The notes beneath the pieces were generated by a model. The model saw nothing but the letters and a program-made list of their open reading frames with translations. It was not told the DNA's origin and made no database searches. The position numbers were made by a program, and so were the translations under genes. A DNA stretch of 64,000 nt from Schizochytrium sp. TIO01 (Eukaryota > Protista > Bigyra: Labyrinthulomycetes), in the NCBI GenBank assembly GCA_004764695.1, contig SMSO01000037.1:1154747-1218746 (forward strand), in the 5' to 3' direction. Positions 1-13,909 of this stretch are shown one piece after another. Positions within the stretch are counted from its first letter, which is position 1. Each line of letters opens with the position of its first letter.

Positions 1-827
1 CACCTTACTGGAACATAACTGAGTGCTAGCTAGCCTGTAGTACAGCCTGTAGTACACCTTAATACGTTGCATACGTAACTATCATATATATATAATTACA
101 TATGATTCATTTTATTTTTATTTTTATTTTTAATTAAAATTGATCTCGAATATTAATATATATACTACATGCGTATGTACAGATTTTTTTAGTTTTTTGT
201 TACTTAGTCCTTCATAAACCACCTTGTTAGTATTTTTACTCTCTTTTAATTCAATTTTAATTCAACTATAATAATTAATAATTAATAATATTACTAATAC
301 CGAACTATATATAGACTAATAGTTTTAGTTTGACTCAAAGAAACTGACCACCATAGTGTCAGTTAGGCCAAAGCCTCTTTTGTCTCAGGTATTCATTCAT
401 TCATTCACTCATTCATTCCTCATTCATTCCTGCTCAACGTAAGAAAGAAAGCAGCCAAGCTGAAGCTGGAGACGGCGCCGCCTGCGAGCACGTGGCCTCC
501 TGGCAGCCAGCCAGGCAGTCGGGAGGCGGCGTCGCGGCCAGCTCGCTGAGGTCTCGACTCGAGCTCGAAGCTGAAGCACAAAACGCGCGAAAAAGGCATT
601 GCTTCTGCTTCTCGCTTCTCCCACATGCCCGAAAGGAGAGAGGGCGAGCGGGAGCGACTGGTAGAGTTTCGGATACGAGGACGCGGTTGGAGATGTCTGC
701 TTAACCTAGAGAAGCGAAAGACAGGCCAAATAATATTTACGGAGGGCAGGTTTTGTTTATTCTTCTGTTCTATTGTCTTTGAGGAAAATAAATAGAGTAT
801 TTGATTGATTGTTTTTAAGAGTAATTG

Positions 828-941
<114 letters not shown>

Positions 942-1530
942 GGATTGATGAATTGATTGAAGGATTGATGAATTGATGAATTGATTGATTGTATTCCTTT
1001 ATCATTAATGATGATAACATACCGTAAGATCACTTGACATGGTGGTAGCTTTGTTCATGAAAGGAAATAGGACAGAATGAACTCGAGAGCGAACTATCGC
1101 TGTGGAGTGGAGCACGGCATGGCTTGAGAGCTCAAGACAGGAAAGACAGGGAAAGCAAGAGGCGAGATCATTGAATGCAGAGAAAACTGCGGAGGCGAAA
1201 GGAGACGTGCAGGCGATAAGATAGTTTGTAGAACTGACCTTCGATCTGCTCCTAATGGGTCCTATGGAGATGCGTAATTGAAACTTCAGTTGAGATTTCA
1301 TGAGTTATGTAAGATAGTACGTAGTAGGCTTCTTTCTTAGTCTGGTGTGTAAGACGAGATCTTCAGCTTCTAGAGTTCTGGATGCTTTGGACCCTTGGCT
1401 AAGATTCACCAAGATAGGTTCCGCCCTTGCAACTGACGAGACCCCAATTCTAGGGTGGAGTGTTGCTGTGGTCAGAATAGAACTTCGTTTGTTTGTTCGG
1501 CATTGGAAACCATCGCTTCGTCGCTTGCAT

Positions 1531-1698
1531 TTATCGTAAAGGAGAAACTTCTGCCCCGGCGAGACACGATAACCACTGCTGCGTCTTATGCGCAGAATTA
1601 GCGAGAACAAGCAATTGCTCGAGTTCGCGATCTGCAAATGTAGACTCCGAGGAAACCTTGGAGTTCCTCTTTGGTATTGACAGCGATGTAGATGTAGC

Positions 1699-1730
<32 letters not shown>

Positions 1731-4700
1731 TTGTTGTCAACGATGATGATGAAGATGATGCCAATGTTGTTGCCAGTCCTGAGACTAGCCTCGCGCCAGT
1801 AGAACCTGGGACAATCCTGCTACCACTCCGGCTTTGGGAAAGTATCATTGCAGCTGTCAGAGCCGTAGACTGCTGTTCCCGAAGCAGCGTCATGCCCAGA
1901 TCTGCTCTCGTGCAACCGCCCATATCAAGTGCATCATCGTGGCACAAATTTGAGCGAGCTGCCAAAATGGGCCCAAAAAACCCTTCTGGCGAATCCAACG
2001 CCTCAAAGGCATCGCGTGTAGGCCACCACAATAAGTAAATTGCCCCTGGCGCCCTCAACATGAAGCAGTACCGCGTGGTCCACCTCGCACGTACCTTCCG
2101 AGCCGCTGCGCCTCGCAGTCGCACAGATGACGTCGCCGCCAGCATGATTCTCAAGCTCCCTGCAATTCCATGATCAACATCGTGCGCTGTCAACTGAAAT
2201 CCATTCGCAGGCGCTTTCAGTATCCTTGGTATGATTGCAAGTGTCGCCTTCTGAGCCTTCTTTTCTAAACTGATCCGATCACCAGACTGTAAAGTTCCGC
2301 ACGACGCCGCAACGACCAAGTCGCATTCGCAGCGACTTTGCGCAAGCTTTCCAGAGGTCTCGGCTTTCCCGCGACTAAGATCTTCCTTGTTGAAAACTCC
2401 AGCAGCTTCAAGCACTCCAGTTTCATCTTGTCGGGATCCTTGCTGCCCAACTTGTGCTCCCCCATAAGCCCAAGCACGCTGCTCCGAAAGCCCTTGTCCA
2501 TGTGCGAAATCTTCGCTCCAATCGTTTGAGCTTGCGTTTACACCGCCACGTGTGATAACGCCTGCTGGCGTTTCGTCCAGGCTGGCAGCCGCGGAGGGCC
2601 TGTTGACCTCACGCACGCGCGCCTCCGAAAGGTGCGGCGGAGATGACGTTACGTTAGCGGCAGCAGACAGCAGCTTTGGGGGTGTTGAAGGTGAGCCTTG
2701 GGCAGAAATGTCACCTGGGAACAAAGATGTTGCAGGCACGAGGCGAGGTGCGGGCGAGACTGTGGAGGGGAACCTGCGCTTGGCCGCGAGGATGCCTCCG
2801 GAGCACGCTTCGCGGCGATCATCGTCCGTAGGCATTGCCGAGAGCAAGTGATTAAAGCGAAGTGCCATCGTGCCCATGCGACGGAAATGCTCGGTGAACA
2901 TGAAGAGTGAGACGAACATGATCACATAGCGACTTGGAACTACAGTGCATAGCACGCAGAGGATTGCGAGGAGGTTCATCACTCGCTGCGTCCTTCGAGG
3001 ATGAGTCCAGTTGAAAAGATTCTTCGCGTGCTCCATCTTGTTGTTGAAACGGTACAAGCGGTTCTGGAAATCGGCAAGAGCCCGGTTCAACATGCGTAGT
3101 CGCGCCAGAATGCGGGCCTTATCTGCGCGCTTAGCCTCTTCTAGTTCCATCTGCCGAGCGCGAATCTGGGGGTCTGGAAGAAGCACCTCCACACGCACGA
3201 GAACCTCACCCAGACAAGAAGCGTGACACTTGGCAGTAGCTTCATTCAACTCTACATCTGCGCGGCTGCCGTCCATGTAAGGGCACAAGGGAAGCCATCG
3301 CTCAAAAACGGGCTGATGGAGCTCTTCGTCGTTATGAATTAAAGCTGCGAGTGGCACCCGTGCACACCCTAGAAAAGAACAATCCTTGCTAGTAAGACTG
3401 TCGTCAAAGACTTCAACGACGACCTCAGAACCTGTTCGAAACCAAGAATCGGGGGATACAAGCATGTTTTCATCAGACGTATTGGGATGTATTTCATTTT
3501 CATAAAGAACAGGTGTGGTCTCTACATTGAGGGGACAAGTATTAAGTTCTCGTAAGAGGTCTAAACCTCCACTTGAGCGACTCATATCCACCACAAACAT
3601 ATGCACGAGCACTCGCCCTGCCTTGCCGGGGCCGTCGTGACTTGCATGGGCCATATCTTTAGGCGGACTCAGATACAACCATTGAGGACCATTAGATAAA
3701 GGCCCAAACATGTTCTCAATCTTACTTACTTTCACGCGGACGAGGCCGAGATCTTCAGACTTTTTGGCGCCATCCGCGTCCTGAAAAACCAGTTCCACGT
3801 AGTCTCCGTTTTGAACCATTGGCATACCTCCTAAAACAAATTCTTGGTTCCACACTGGGTCCAGACTTTCCTGAACTACCTTAGATCGAACTTGATTTCC
3901 TGCTGGAACACCGTTCCATTTCCCACCCGCTGTCCCAACGGCATTGTGCAACTTCACTGCTTCACGAGTACCTAGGTCTTGATTGTGATGAGCATCCACC
4001 GAGCTTTCGTTAAAGCTGCCGAGTATGTTAACAACAGTAGCATCATAGTCAACATTTCTCTTCTTCCCATAGCGTTGTTTTACACCAGCAGAACTCGGTG
4101 GTCCTTGGGTTGTTTGTAAGATTACAAATGGATCAGAAAATCCATTTCGGTCACGTGCAATCAACCCCTCCGCTCGGAATAATCGCACAAGTATCAACTT
4201 GCCAGGCTTGGTAAAGGACTTCACGTCAAACTGAAATGCTGGGACTTTGGAGCCATTTTCGGCCTCCCAGTGCACAATTTGGCTCTTGAGACTTGCTTTA
4301 CTGGTGTGACTCAATGAGTACCCCTTCTTACCTTTGCTGAAATTAGGTGATCGAGTTGGAAAACTTCTCCAAGTTGTTCCAATACGAAAAAGCGTGCGAT
4401 CTCCAAAGTTCGTACGTAAACCTACACGAGCATAGGCTCGTGGAAGAATGCCTACATTTTCTTTAGAAAGCTGCTTCGAGCTACAAGTATTTCTGCTCTG
4501 TAGTAGTCCCGTGGGACTCATGATGGGACTGAACGGGGACAGCTCATCGCGGTCTATACTAGAAAAAGAATCTAAAGAAAGCTTCGGCAAACCATTAGCT
4601 GTGACTCTGTCACGAAGGCTGCGGGTGGAACGATATCGGTTGTTCGCTTGCTCATCATCAAAGTCGGTACCACTTTCCTTTGCTTCAATATCCTCAATGA

Positions 4701-7700
4701 ACTCTTCATCATCTCGTTTGACTGATAATTCTTCATGGGTTGAATAAATCTGACCCTCATTTGCCCTGGGTGAGTTCTGGAGATTAATGTTGCTGTGTTG
4801 CTTTTGAATCTTCGTAAAAGAACTGAAAGTATGATTTGGACAGCTTTCCTTGCTATCTTGAATCGAGTTCTTAATATTATTCGAAGCTTCGATAAACGGA
4901 GTTGATGCAGCGTTTAAGACTACGGCTGCAGCTGCAGTAGCTGCCGAGACAGGGGTTGATTGTCCATCGCGAAAGTTCCTAGTTGAAGAGTAAAAGCCTC
5001 GCTGTGATCGATCTGAGCGAGCAACACCGACTGGCATTAAATCCCGAGCCTCAAGGATTGCTATTCGTACACGAGCGTTCGACTCTCTTGCTTGTACCTC
5101 CTTTAATACATTTGTTACAAGCTCGCCGCTCGTTCGTTCATGATGCTTTCGCATTACTATGACCAATGCGATGTAAAATGGAATTGCAAGTACTCGCTCA
5201 GCATAAAAATCAATACAGCAGAACAAAACCACTAGAAATACGCTAAAAATTGATACAGCATAGTTTTTCCAATCCAGCAAATAGGCAACCCCTTTTTGTG
5301 CATATGCAAGCCAGCCTATTATGGTTACAAAGCGATTGATCTCGTGCCTCAAATTTGCAAGACTAAACGGTTTCGGAGCTCCTAGTTTAGGGTTTGGATT
5401 TGGAGCCATCAACGCCCAGAAGTTCTCTTCATACATTGCTTCAATCCATAGCGATCCCATTTGAGAACCTTTTCCTTTGCTTCCCTGCATGAGTGGTAGC
5501 TTTAAACGAGGCATTGGTACCTTTTTCAATCATGCGTGGGTCACTGTGAACGACTTGAGCTTCTAGCTCGAGCATGTCAAACATAGACAACTCCGCAGAG
5601 CCTATTAGTTTTCCCCATTTAGAAATGCCCTTTCTATCATCCCCCATGTTACTTAAGGTACCCGCGTGCCCATCATTGGGTTTTGCCCATACTTCGATTT
5701 CTACAGGAGTGAACATTTCGTAGACTGCGAACTTATATGTAGCCTCACTTGGAGGGTACTTGATGCTTAATTCGCCCGAAGTACTCTTTGTCGTCATTAC
5801 GGAGTCTCCATATCGAACGATCGTTCGATAAGATGAAAGGAAATCATCTCGTCGAATCTTTAAAGATCTTAAACTTAAATGAAATAAACCCAACACAGGT
5901 CGGAGTTCCTCAAATACATGAAGAACTCGTACATCCATGACTGCTTTGGGCGAAGAGTTTAAAAAGCGTACAGGGGTCATCTCTAGCTGCGTTGATGCAA
6001 TCTTTGAGCTCGACGAAGCCCCACTGCACAGATTTTCAAGCTCTTCCATCGACATTTTGGCCTGGGCAATGCTCAGACCATCGTTGACGTCTAGGAGGTC
6101 AATTTGAAGCGCTTCCAACCCAAGTTCTGGTCGGACCCCCCAATAATCCAGGATATTCTGCGCATGAAAAACCGCACAACCAAACTCAGGCGTCAGTCTT
6201 GCTTCAGAGCTCTCAAAAATCTTTGTACCAAGTTGCATGCGAAGAAACACTCGCCGTGGTACCTGATCTTGTTTAATTCGCCAATCATCACTGAGAATGT
6301 CAATAACGTGACGAATGCGCACAAGTAGCTTTTTGCTTAAATTCATGCGCTTTTCGCCAATTGGCACAAGACAAATCTTCATTCGAACGCTTCCCCATGG
6401 TTCATCAGCTTCACCTGTGTTTTGATGATTTCCTGCCAGTGCTTCTATTGCCTCTTCTACATGGTAGTGACGGTGCCGATCACTGTCACGAGGCTCTTTC
6501 ACATTAGCCAAAGACGTACTCGATGAAATTGACTTAGTACGATGCTGGCTCGTACGACCAAGAATAGCTGCACGGATATGCTCTACTTTACTCCGAACTG
6601 AATGGCGATGTCTTGGAGAAACTGATGAGTCTTGCTCCAGTGAATGCTCCGACGAAGGACTCTGCGGCGGGGCTTTTCCTGACAATGGACTTGCTTTGTT
6701 GACTTCAACTGCCTCTGGGCTACCCATGCTCTCCTTTCCAAAATCATCCTCGACAGCTAAATCTGTGTCTATTTGCAGGTCATCACTACGGTCCGGGGGG
6801 TCTAAGAGAAAATAGTCTGTAAGTTCAGCGCCTCCCTTATCAACGTATCCTAACTTATCCAACAAGTAACCCAGGTCAAATGAGATTTTTCCGATACAAG
6901 AATCTGCCATTCGAGCTGATTCGCTCATGACCTGAACTGTTAGGTAATCCGCCCGTCCGAGCCCCTCGCGTGCTGAATCTATAGAGCGACGAAACTTGAA
7001 ATGTTGATTCCAGATTGGGTTTGTTGTATCGTGTCTGACTCTGGACTTAACTCCCTTCTCACTGCCACACGATATTACACAATATGTTGATGCTGTGTGA
7101 GCAGAAATGTTCGTCGCCGCAAGGCCCCGTGCGGATAAAAGGGTAAGTTTTAGCTCATAAAGCCATTCTTTGCCTTTATACAAGTCACGAGCTGCTTGTT
7201 GGTTGGATGAAGTTAGAAAATCGGGAAGCACGAATTCCGCGGATACCTGCACCTCACCAGCACATGAATACTTTGGACTTAACAATGGAAACCAGGAAGC
7301 ATCTTCCCCAGGCACGCATGGTTGCTGGGTTAGCTGATATATTGGTATGCTCAATGTTCCTAGCTTGTCATTGGTAATAACATCCTTGTCAAATATCGTA
7401 ATATTGACCGTGTCTTTTTCAGAGAGAAAATCTTTCGCACCAAATTCAAAGACTTGATTCCATTTTGGTGCAACTGATTTTGTAACTATGCGAGTACGCT
7501 GTTTTCGTCCTCGAACGCGAACCTCGCAGAATGGATCGCTCCACCCGTTCATGTCGGCTGCAGCGAGATTTCTAGCCTGAACAACCCGAATAATTAGACG
7601 CGGGGTTCGAACACTTAAGCCACCTCCGGGTTCTGCAACTTGAGGAAGAGAAAGAATGTGATCCTGCAAGTCATCAACAATCTCTCGCTCATATGAAGGT

Positions 7701-9338
7701 AACGACTCAATATTTGAAGGCTTATCTTGTTGCCCATCACATGAAAGAGAAGTAGAATGCTCCTGGGAATTTAAAGATACAGGCTGCTTTAAGTGAGAAG
7801 TGGCAGCCTCAAATATCACTTGTACATAAATTCGACCCAAATAAGAGTTATACCTAGAATGATCCATTCGATTGGTGTGACTAAGAGTATACCACTGCGG
7901 CTCACTCAAACCAGCTTGAGATAAGGCCCACAGAGGAATGTTGACTTGTCCAAGATCATCGTCTCTTGACCACTTATCTTTGTCACGAATAACAAGACAT
8001 AATTCATCATCAAGGTTGATATTATCCAGACGCGGAAACTCAAATGCTTCCTCCCACACTGGGTTGAGGGTTGCGCGAATGAACTTTGTGCGGAACCGCC
8101 GACCATGACACATTACATTACAATATGGGTCGCTTCTACCAGTGGCGTCAGCTGCGATGAGACCTTCAGCCTGAATTACAACGACTGTGAGTTTGTTATA
8201 GGCTTCGGGATGCATCAAACCTCCAGGGTTATCCACCCATGCCTCGTCTTTGCGCACATCGTCAATGCCGAGCGCCATTGCGCGAAGTTTATCTCGCGGG
8301 CTTTAGCACTCCTCGTACACGAGGCATTCTAAGATTCTTCCGAAGATTTCTGCGAAGCTGAGCTGAAGTTTCATGTGGAACATCTTTTATAGGACACCAG
8401 TAAAATGCCATCTCTACCTCCATCTGGTCTGCAATCGATACAGTAACAAAATTATCTGGTGAGCCCATGGAAACGAACTCCTCAAGTTGAATGTGCACCG
8501 ACGCTAGTGTTGGGCGTGCCCGGGTTAAAACAGCAGTTGTAGATGCCAAGGAAAGGGCACTTTTGATACGCATGGTCAAAATTGTACTTTCATTTACATG
8601 CATGCGTCTGATTGGGAAATGACACACCTCATGGCATGCCACACTTGTGAAACCTGAAGCAGTGAAGCTTGCCGTTTTATGTGAATAGGCATGTGTATCA
8701 AGCTTCAAGTATATTTGCTGGCCCACTAGGCAGGCACCTCCATGTAGGAGCTTTGCAGATCTTAATACTACCATAAGCTCTGCTTCATCTTCTCTTAAAA
8801 ATGGTTGACAGGAGCTATTCCTATCAGAAGTTGAACCCATTCCATGAGTTGACGCTCGCCGAACTTCCGTAATAGTGTGTCTACGTCTCTGTTCATGAGC
8901 ATATGAATACGGCCTTGGGTTGAGTATTCTGGCCTTGCGGTATTTTTTATGCTCTGCTTGTGGTAATGTCGAGGTAGGGCTACCATTTTTATGGTTGTCG
9001 TAACCATATGCATCTTCTTTATCATTGCTGACCTCTTCTTCTTCGTCTTCTTCGTCTTCCTCGTCTTCTTCGTCTTCTTCGTCTTCTTCGTCTTCCTCGT
9101 CTTCCCCATCGCTATCGTTATCGGTGTCCATGATCTCTTGAAGTTGCTTCAGGGCCTCGAGTTGTTGTCCTTCGCCTAAGTTAGGAACCAGACCTTTGAC
9201 AAGTTCGCGGACCGCAAGAACCTCATCTATACCCTCATTGCCATCAACTTCTTCTTCATCGTCTATGCCAGAAGCATATTCCTCGGCGCTCGTTCCAGCG
9301 GTATCCGCTTCCACATTTCCTTTGCGAAATCTCCACAT
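1531..9338 (-). CDS. Giant multiple-C2-domain and transmembrane protein (MCTP-like, ~2600 aa) with C-terminal PH-like domain; split by two +1 frame breaks (~8290-8305 and within 5441-5532)
   Basis: Three abutting same-strand ORFs (8289-9338, 5441-8278, 1531-5529) join by removing one base at each junction. Canonical C2 motifs (AEGLIAADATGRSDPYC, ARNLAAADMNGWSDPFC, AEGLIARDRNGFSDPFV, NPVWEE/PKWNQ), MCTP TM-region motifs (YLLDWKN; NLFNWTHPRRT plus a hydrophobic helix) and a PH-like end (RWTTRYCFML...ANSAHKTQQWLSCL). Confidence 0.85.
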
Positions 9339-11804
9339 GGTCTCTGGAGCTCGTTTATTCGTTCTGCGACGTGAGCTCCGTTGCTCTCTGACGCTTGACC
9401 ATATGCGGCCTCAACAGCTCTACTGTTGCTTATTACTACTACTACCTGTCTTACTAACGCTACCGGGTCGTTTGGTCCATGTACTAGTTATCAGGTCTAA
9501 AGCAAAATCAGAAACCGAAGTCGAAGCTGACCTTTTGCAGATTTCTGTGAGCAAGCGAGATACGTGTATCAAATCCGTTGATGAGCTAGAAGCCCTAACC
9601 AGAATAAATTCTGTGAGGGATTCAACTTCAGGCTCTTCACGAAGTCACCCTCCTTGTATAAGAGCTTTTGTTTGTTTTATGGGTAAGTTCTTACGGAAGC
9701 ACTGCTCATGAGTGGAGAAGCCTGGGAGGGCCAATATGCATCGCGTTACATTACCGCATGTAAAGAACCCTCTTCTGTGTCTGTGCTGTTCTTGCAATCC
9801 TAGATCTCTGGTTTTCCATGCACGAAGTTTACAATCAGCTAAAACGAATCGTGATTCTTATAATAAGATGCTTACTGTGCAACAATAACGAACTGTTTAG
9901 AAGATATAGACAGACCAATATAAGATACAGTGGTGGAAAGCTCTCGCACTAATCGCAGCAATATCTGCAGTATGGCCACGGGTGCTTCATGTGAGCATAC
10001 AAGAGGGAGGCAACCTTAACTCGAAAGTCAATAACGATATTATCCAGATCAAATTTTCATGAAGTACTTCTCGAGCTTTGCCTTAGCCAGACAGTTTGTC
10101 TCAACAATTCTAGCATCATTAAGTCCTTAATACGCAGCGTTTTCGAGCATCTTAAGTGCGTAGTAGAATCAGGTCAAATGTAAAAACTAACAGCATTATG
10201 ATTGTGACCTGCCCTCTATCTTCACTCGCCAGACAGGTCACCCCAACAAGGTTGATGAGTGAGCTTGGTGGGTGCGAGAAAGCTATGCTTGAAAGAAATC
10301 ACATGGTCTTTCGCCTTTGTTAATCTCTTCCATGAACCTGATGAAATTTGTACCGTGCTGATTTCGATTACCTTTCTCGCTCATTTCTTTGGGACAAGAT
10401 ATTGCACGTATCCTAGGTAGCTGTTAAGGTCTTCAAAGTTTGGTTTGGGGAAACTTCGACATCTTTGCAGAGGCAGCGCACACCCTTTCTTCTTATTATG
10501 GAGCCAATATCAGATGGCGCTGATGTTTTACTGATTGAAGACGAATTGTCGTGCTTTGGCTGGCTTGCCAACATAGTACACCAACCCACGTTTGCACCGA
10601 CGAATCCTTGCCACCACTTCCTGATGATCACCTCACGTGTCGAGCGATGCATCTGTTTTGGCTGCAGGCTGCTGGCATCGAGTTCTGTCGTCTTTATCTC
10701 GTTCTTGTTAGTCTTCGAAGTGCAATGTATGCTGGACCTCGAGGTCTTGGATTTCAGCCACCTATCGGATTTATCATTGTAATTTGCGAAGGATGGCGGT
10801 ATCAAGCGATCGATTCGATTGAAAGTAATTCCCTGCAACTTGCACGTGTAGAAATGGTACGATTTCCACCAGCTCGATTGCAAAGGTATAATACCCTGGC
10901 ACGATGGCTCGGTGTGGCATTGAACTTATTAAGGCAGATGTAATATCCTGTGACCTGAGCCGTTATTGTGATCTCCTGCGCTTCCTGGTCAGTCAGTAGT
11001 AGGGTATATTCGTTTGTTCATTCACTCACGGTAGGTTGGATTACAGGCAATCTCTTCTCAATTCTTCCAACCTCCCTCCACCGAATTACATTTGCAGCGT
11101 CCTTTAGCCCAGGGTCGAGAACTTGAGATCATCTCGGCAGGCCTTTCTTTGCTGCTTGTCGGGCTGATCTTGTTCCACTCTGGTCTTTTAGCTGCGAACT
11201 ACTCTGTTCGTGAGCTCGTGAGCTTTCTCCATCCACAAGCCTCCATCAGAATTCATACAAAGGACTCTTCGCGATTGCAAGTTGGACTTGAAAGCTACAC
11301 AAAAAGTGATAACAGATTACTTAACAAAAATTAGCCCTACCTACCTACAACTTTTTTTTTTCTTCTTTTCTTTCTTTTATATTCTGTTTATACGATAACT
11401 GGAAAAAAAAGAAAAGAAAAATGAACTCTTATGCTGTTAAAAAAAGGAAACAAAAAAAAAAAGGGTATTCATTACAAATTTGTTACCAATTATGTAAACC
11501 AAGAGCTTGCTTGAGCAGAGTTGGATGCAATCAATCATATATGCTTCGTCAATGTGCAATCTTGGGTATCTCGAAGACTTGACAACTTGAGAGTGAGAGT
11601 CTGCTCGCTTGAGAGTGAGAGTCTGCTCGCGTGTTTATTTACCAGCAGTAACCCGACTAACAATAGGCCCAAAAGTCCATGCCGAGCAATAGGTCTCGCG
11701 GTTCTGTCGTCTGGCTGCTGCCAATGTTCCCACGAAGTGCAGCCACCGCCAGCGCACGGTATCAAGCACTGCTGTGAGAAACCTTAAGCGACGAAGACTA
11801 TGTA

Positions 11805-11908
11805 TTCGATTACTCACTTATTCATTCGATTATTCATTCGATTATTCGATTATTCATTCGATTAATCGATTATTCATTCGATTATTCGATTATTCATTTA
11901 TTCATTCA
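11805..11908. repeat. Degenerate (TTATTCATTCGA / TTATTCGA)n compound microsatellite
   Basis: Mixed 8- and 12-nt units are visible in the sequence. Confidence 0.8.
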
Positions 11909-13909
11909 AAGGGTGCGTGACTTTGAGGAAGGGCCCATTTCTCCATCTGGATACCTCGTCATTCGCGCGAGAGAGAGCTCGTCTGCCTTTGAACCAAATT
12001 CGTAGCTCACGAGCGTGCATTTATTTCTGCATTCCACCATGCCATCATAAATTTATTTATTTATTTAGTTATTTAGTTATTTAGCTTCTCCACCCTCCTC
12101 GAGGCCACGAAGTTGACAATTTGATGGCAAACCACGCGCAGCAAGTTAGTGATGCCGCTCGCTCACGCCGCAATTGTGGCCGCGAACTTATGAAACGAAA
12201 AGCTCTTGACTGACCTGTGACACAGTGAAACAGAGAATGCGTGAAAACCCGCGCTTCCCATTTCTGTGGGGCGTGGAGGTCTGAACATTAGATCAGTAGT
12301 ATTATCTATTTATCGCCCTCCTTCCTTTCGCATGTTCTGCCTCCTCAGCGAGTTTACTTCTTTGATTTTGGTGGACTTGTTTACGATTGCTGACCATTGT
12401 GCGTGCGTGAGACAGTGAGAGAGTGAGAGAGTGAATGAATAAATGAATGAGTGAATGAATGAGTGAATGAATGAATGAATGAATGCATAATCGTTTTTTA
12501 TATTCATGAATTCATGAAATTAATTTTATAAAATTCGTCGAACTAAGAGCGCTCTCTGCTCTGCTCTTCACTTCAGTCAGAGTGGAGAAAGGCCATGTGA
12601 AATGAAGTAAGGCTGCCACGAAACTAGATCTTCAGCAGCGTGGCGAGCTAGCTCGCTCTTTGGCTTTCTTGACAGTGCACGACGCCGCCTCGCATAGCTT
12701 CGACTCTGCGGCTGTCAAGCTTGCTTTCACAGAGCACAAGAGCGAATTGGGCGAAGCGGAGTTGGTTGACCGAGCGAGCGAGCGAGCGAGTGAAAGAATG
12801 CTTGCGACAGGAATAAACGAATGAATGAATGAATGAATATAATGAGTGATCAGAAAGATTTGCTTGCTGCCGTGAAATTGAAGCCCAAGTTGTGGTGCTC
12901 CTGGCTGATGGTATCCGAATCCATCACAGCCCAGCACCTGAAGACAGTCGATCTCCGCCTTGACAACCTTAAACTGTGTCTCTTGGCGACCTTGATGGTG
13001 CATTCATTCATTCATTGATTCATCGATTCATTCATTCTTGATTTCACCGCGGAGGCAGATTTGTGTCATTCGCAAGAATTGGTCAGAAGCGAAGGAATGC
13101 CGAGCGGTGGAGATGGCCAAGATTTTACACGAGTCAGCGCGTGAACTCGCAGCAGCTCGAGGACGTGGTTCGACGTCTACTCAGAGAAGCAGCAGCAGCA
13201 GCAGCCGCCGCAGGACAACCCAAACTCCTCGACTCGAGAGCACCAGTGTGCGGCAGGCTGCAATTAGGTACGTTTCACTCCTTCCAGGGTGGTCCACGGC
13301 GATGTGACATGGTCAGCACGGCTGCGTGTAATGCTTGTAATCTCGCCAGCGTGAAGATGAAAAGCACGGTGGCCTGCTCGCACCGCCTGCCGCATCGTCC
13401 ATCCTGCGAGCGATTCGCCAAGACATCTTCGCTCCTGGGGCCCGAGCAGAACCTCAGGTTGGCGCTCGTCCTGGCGACAAAGAACTCGCAGCAGGCTGGG
13501 CCTGCAAAGGGCCACGACTCGAGCGGGATTTCGTGGCGTACATGCCAAACGGGTAATTTGCTTTTGGAACCCATCGACATCGAGAACGATTAGGACGTAC
13601 GAGAACGTACGGCTTTCTTACGGACCGCTGCAGAGCCTAAGAAGCTCTAGTTCTCTCGTCCTCGCGTTCCCTGGACAGGCTTTCGAGCGGACGGGAACCA
13701 GCAAAACCCGAAGTGGCCGAGACCCGAGTCGTCCTGGCTTGCTGCTCTTGCAGCGTACTCGAGGAGGAGGAGGAGGGCAGGAGGAGGAGGTTGCAGCGAG
13801 CGAGACCTGCTTTGAGGACTCGCTGACAAGATCGCGAGAGGAGGTTTACGCGGTAGACGCTTTAATTGCCGGAGAGCAGCAGCGAGGAGTCTGCTGCGGG
13901 CTGGAGAAC

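Noticed and set aside
5441-8305. Introns explaining the MCTP-like and ACS junctions
   Set aside because: Paralog alignment leaves only one surplus base at the ACS sites, and the MCTP junctions also close by single-base removal, so no intron is needed.
10000-11340. Transposon-derived ORF (10413-10883)
   Set aside because: No recognisable transposase, RT or integrase motifs and no terminal repeats.
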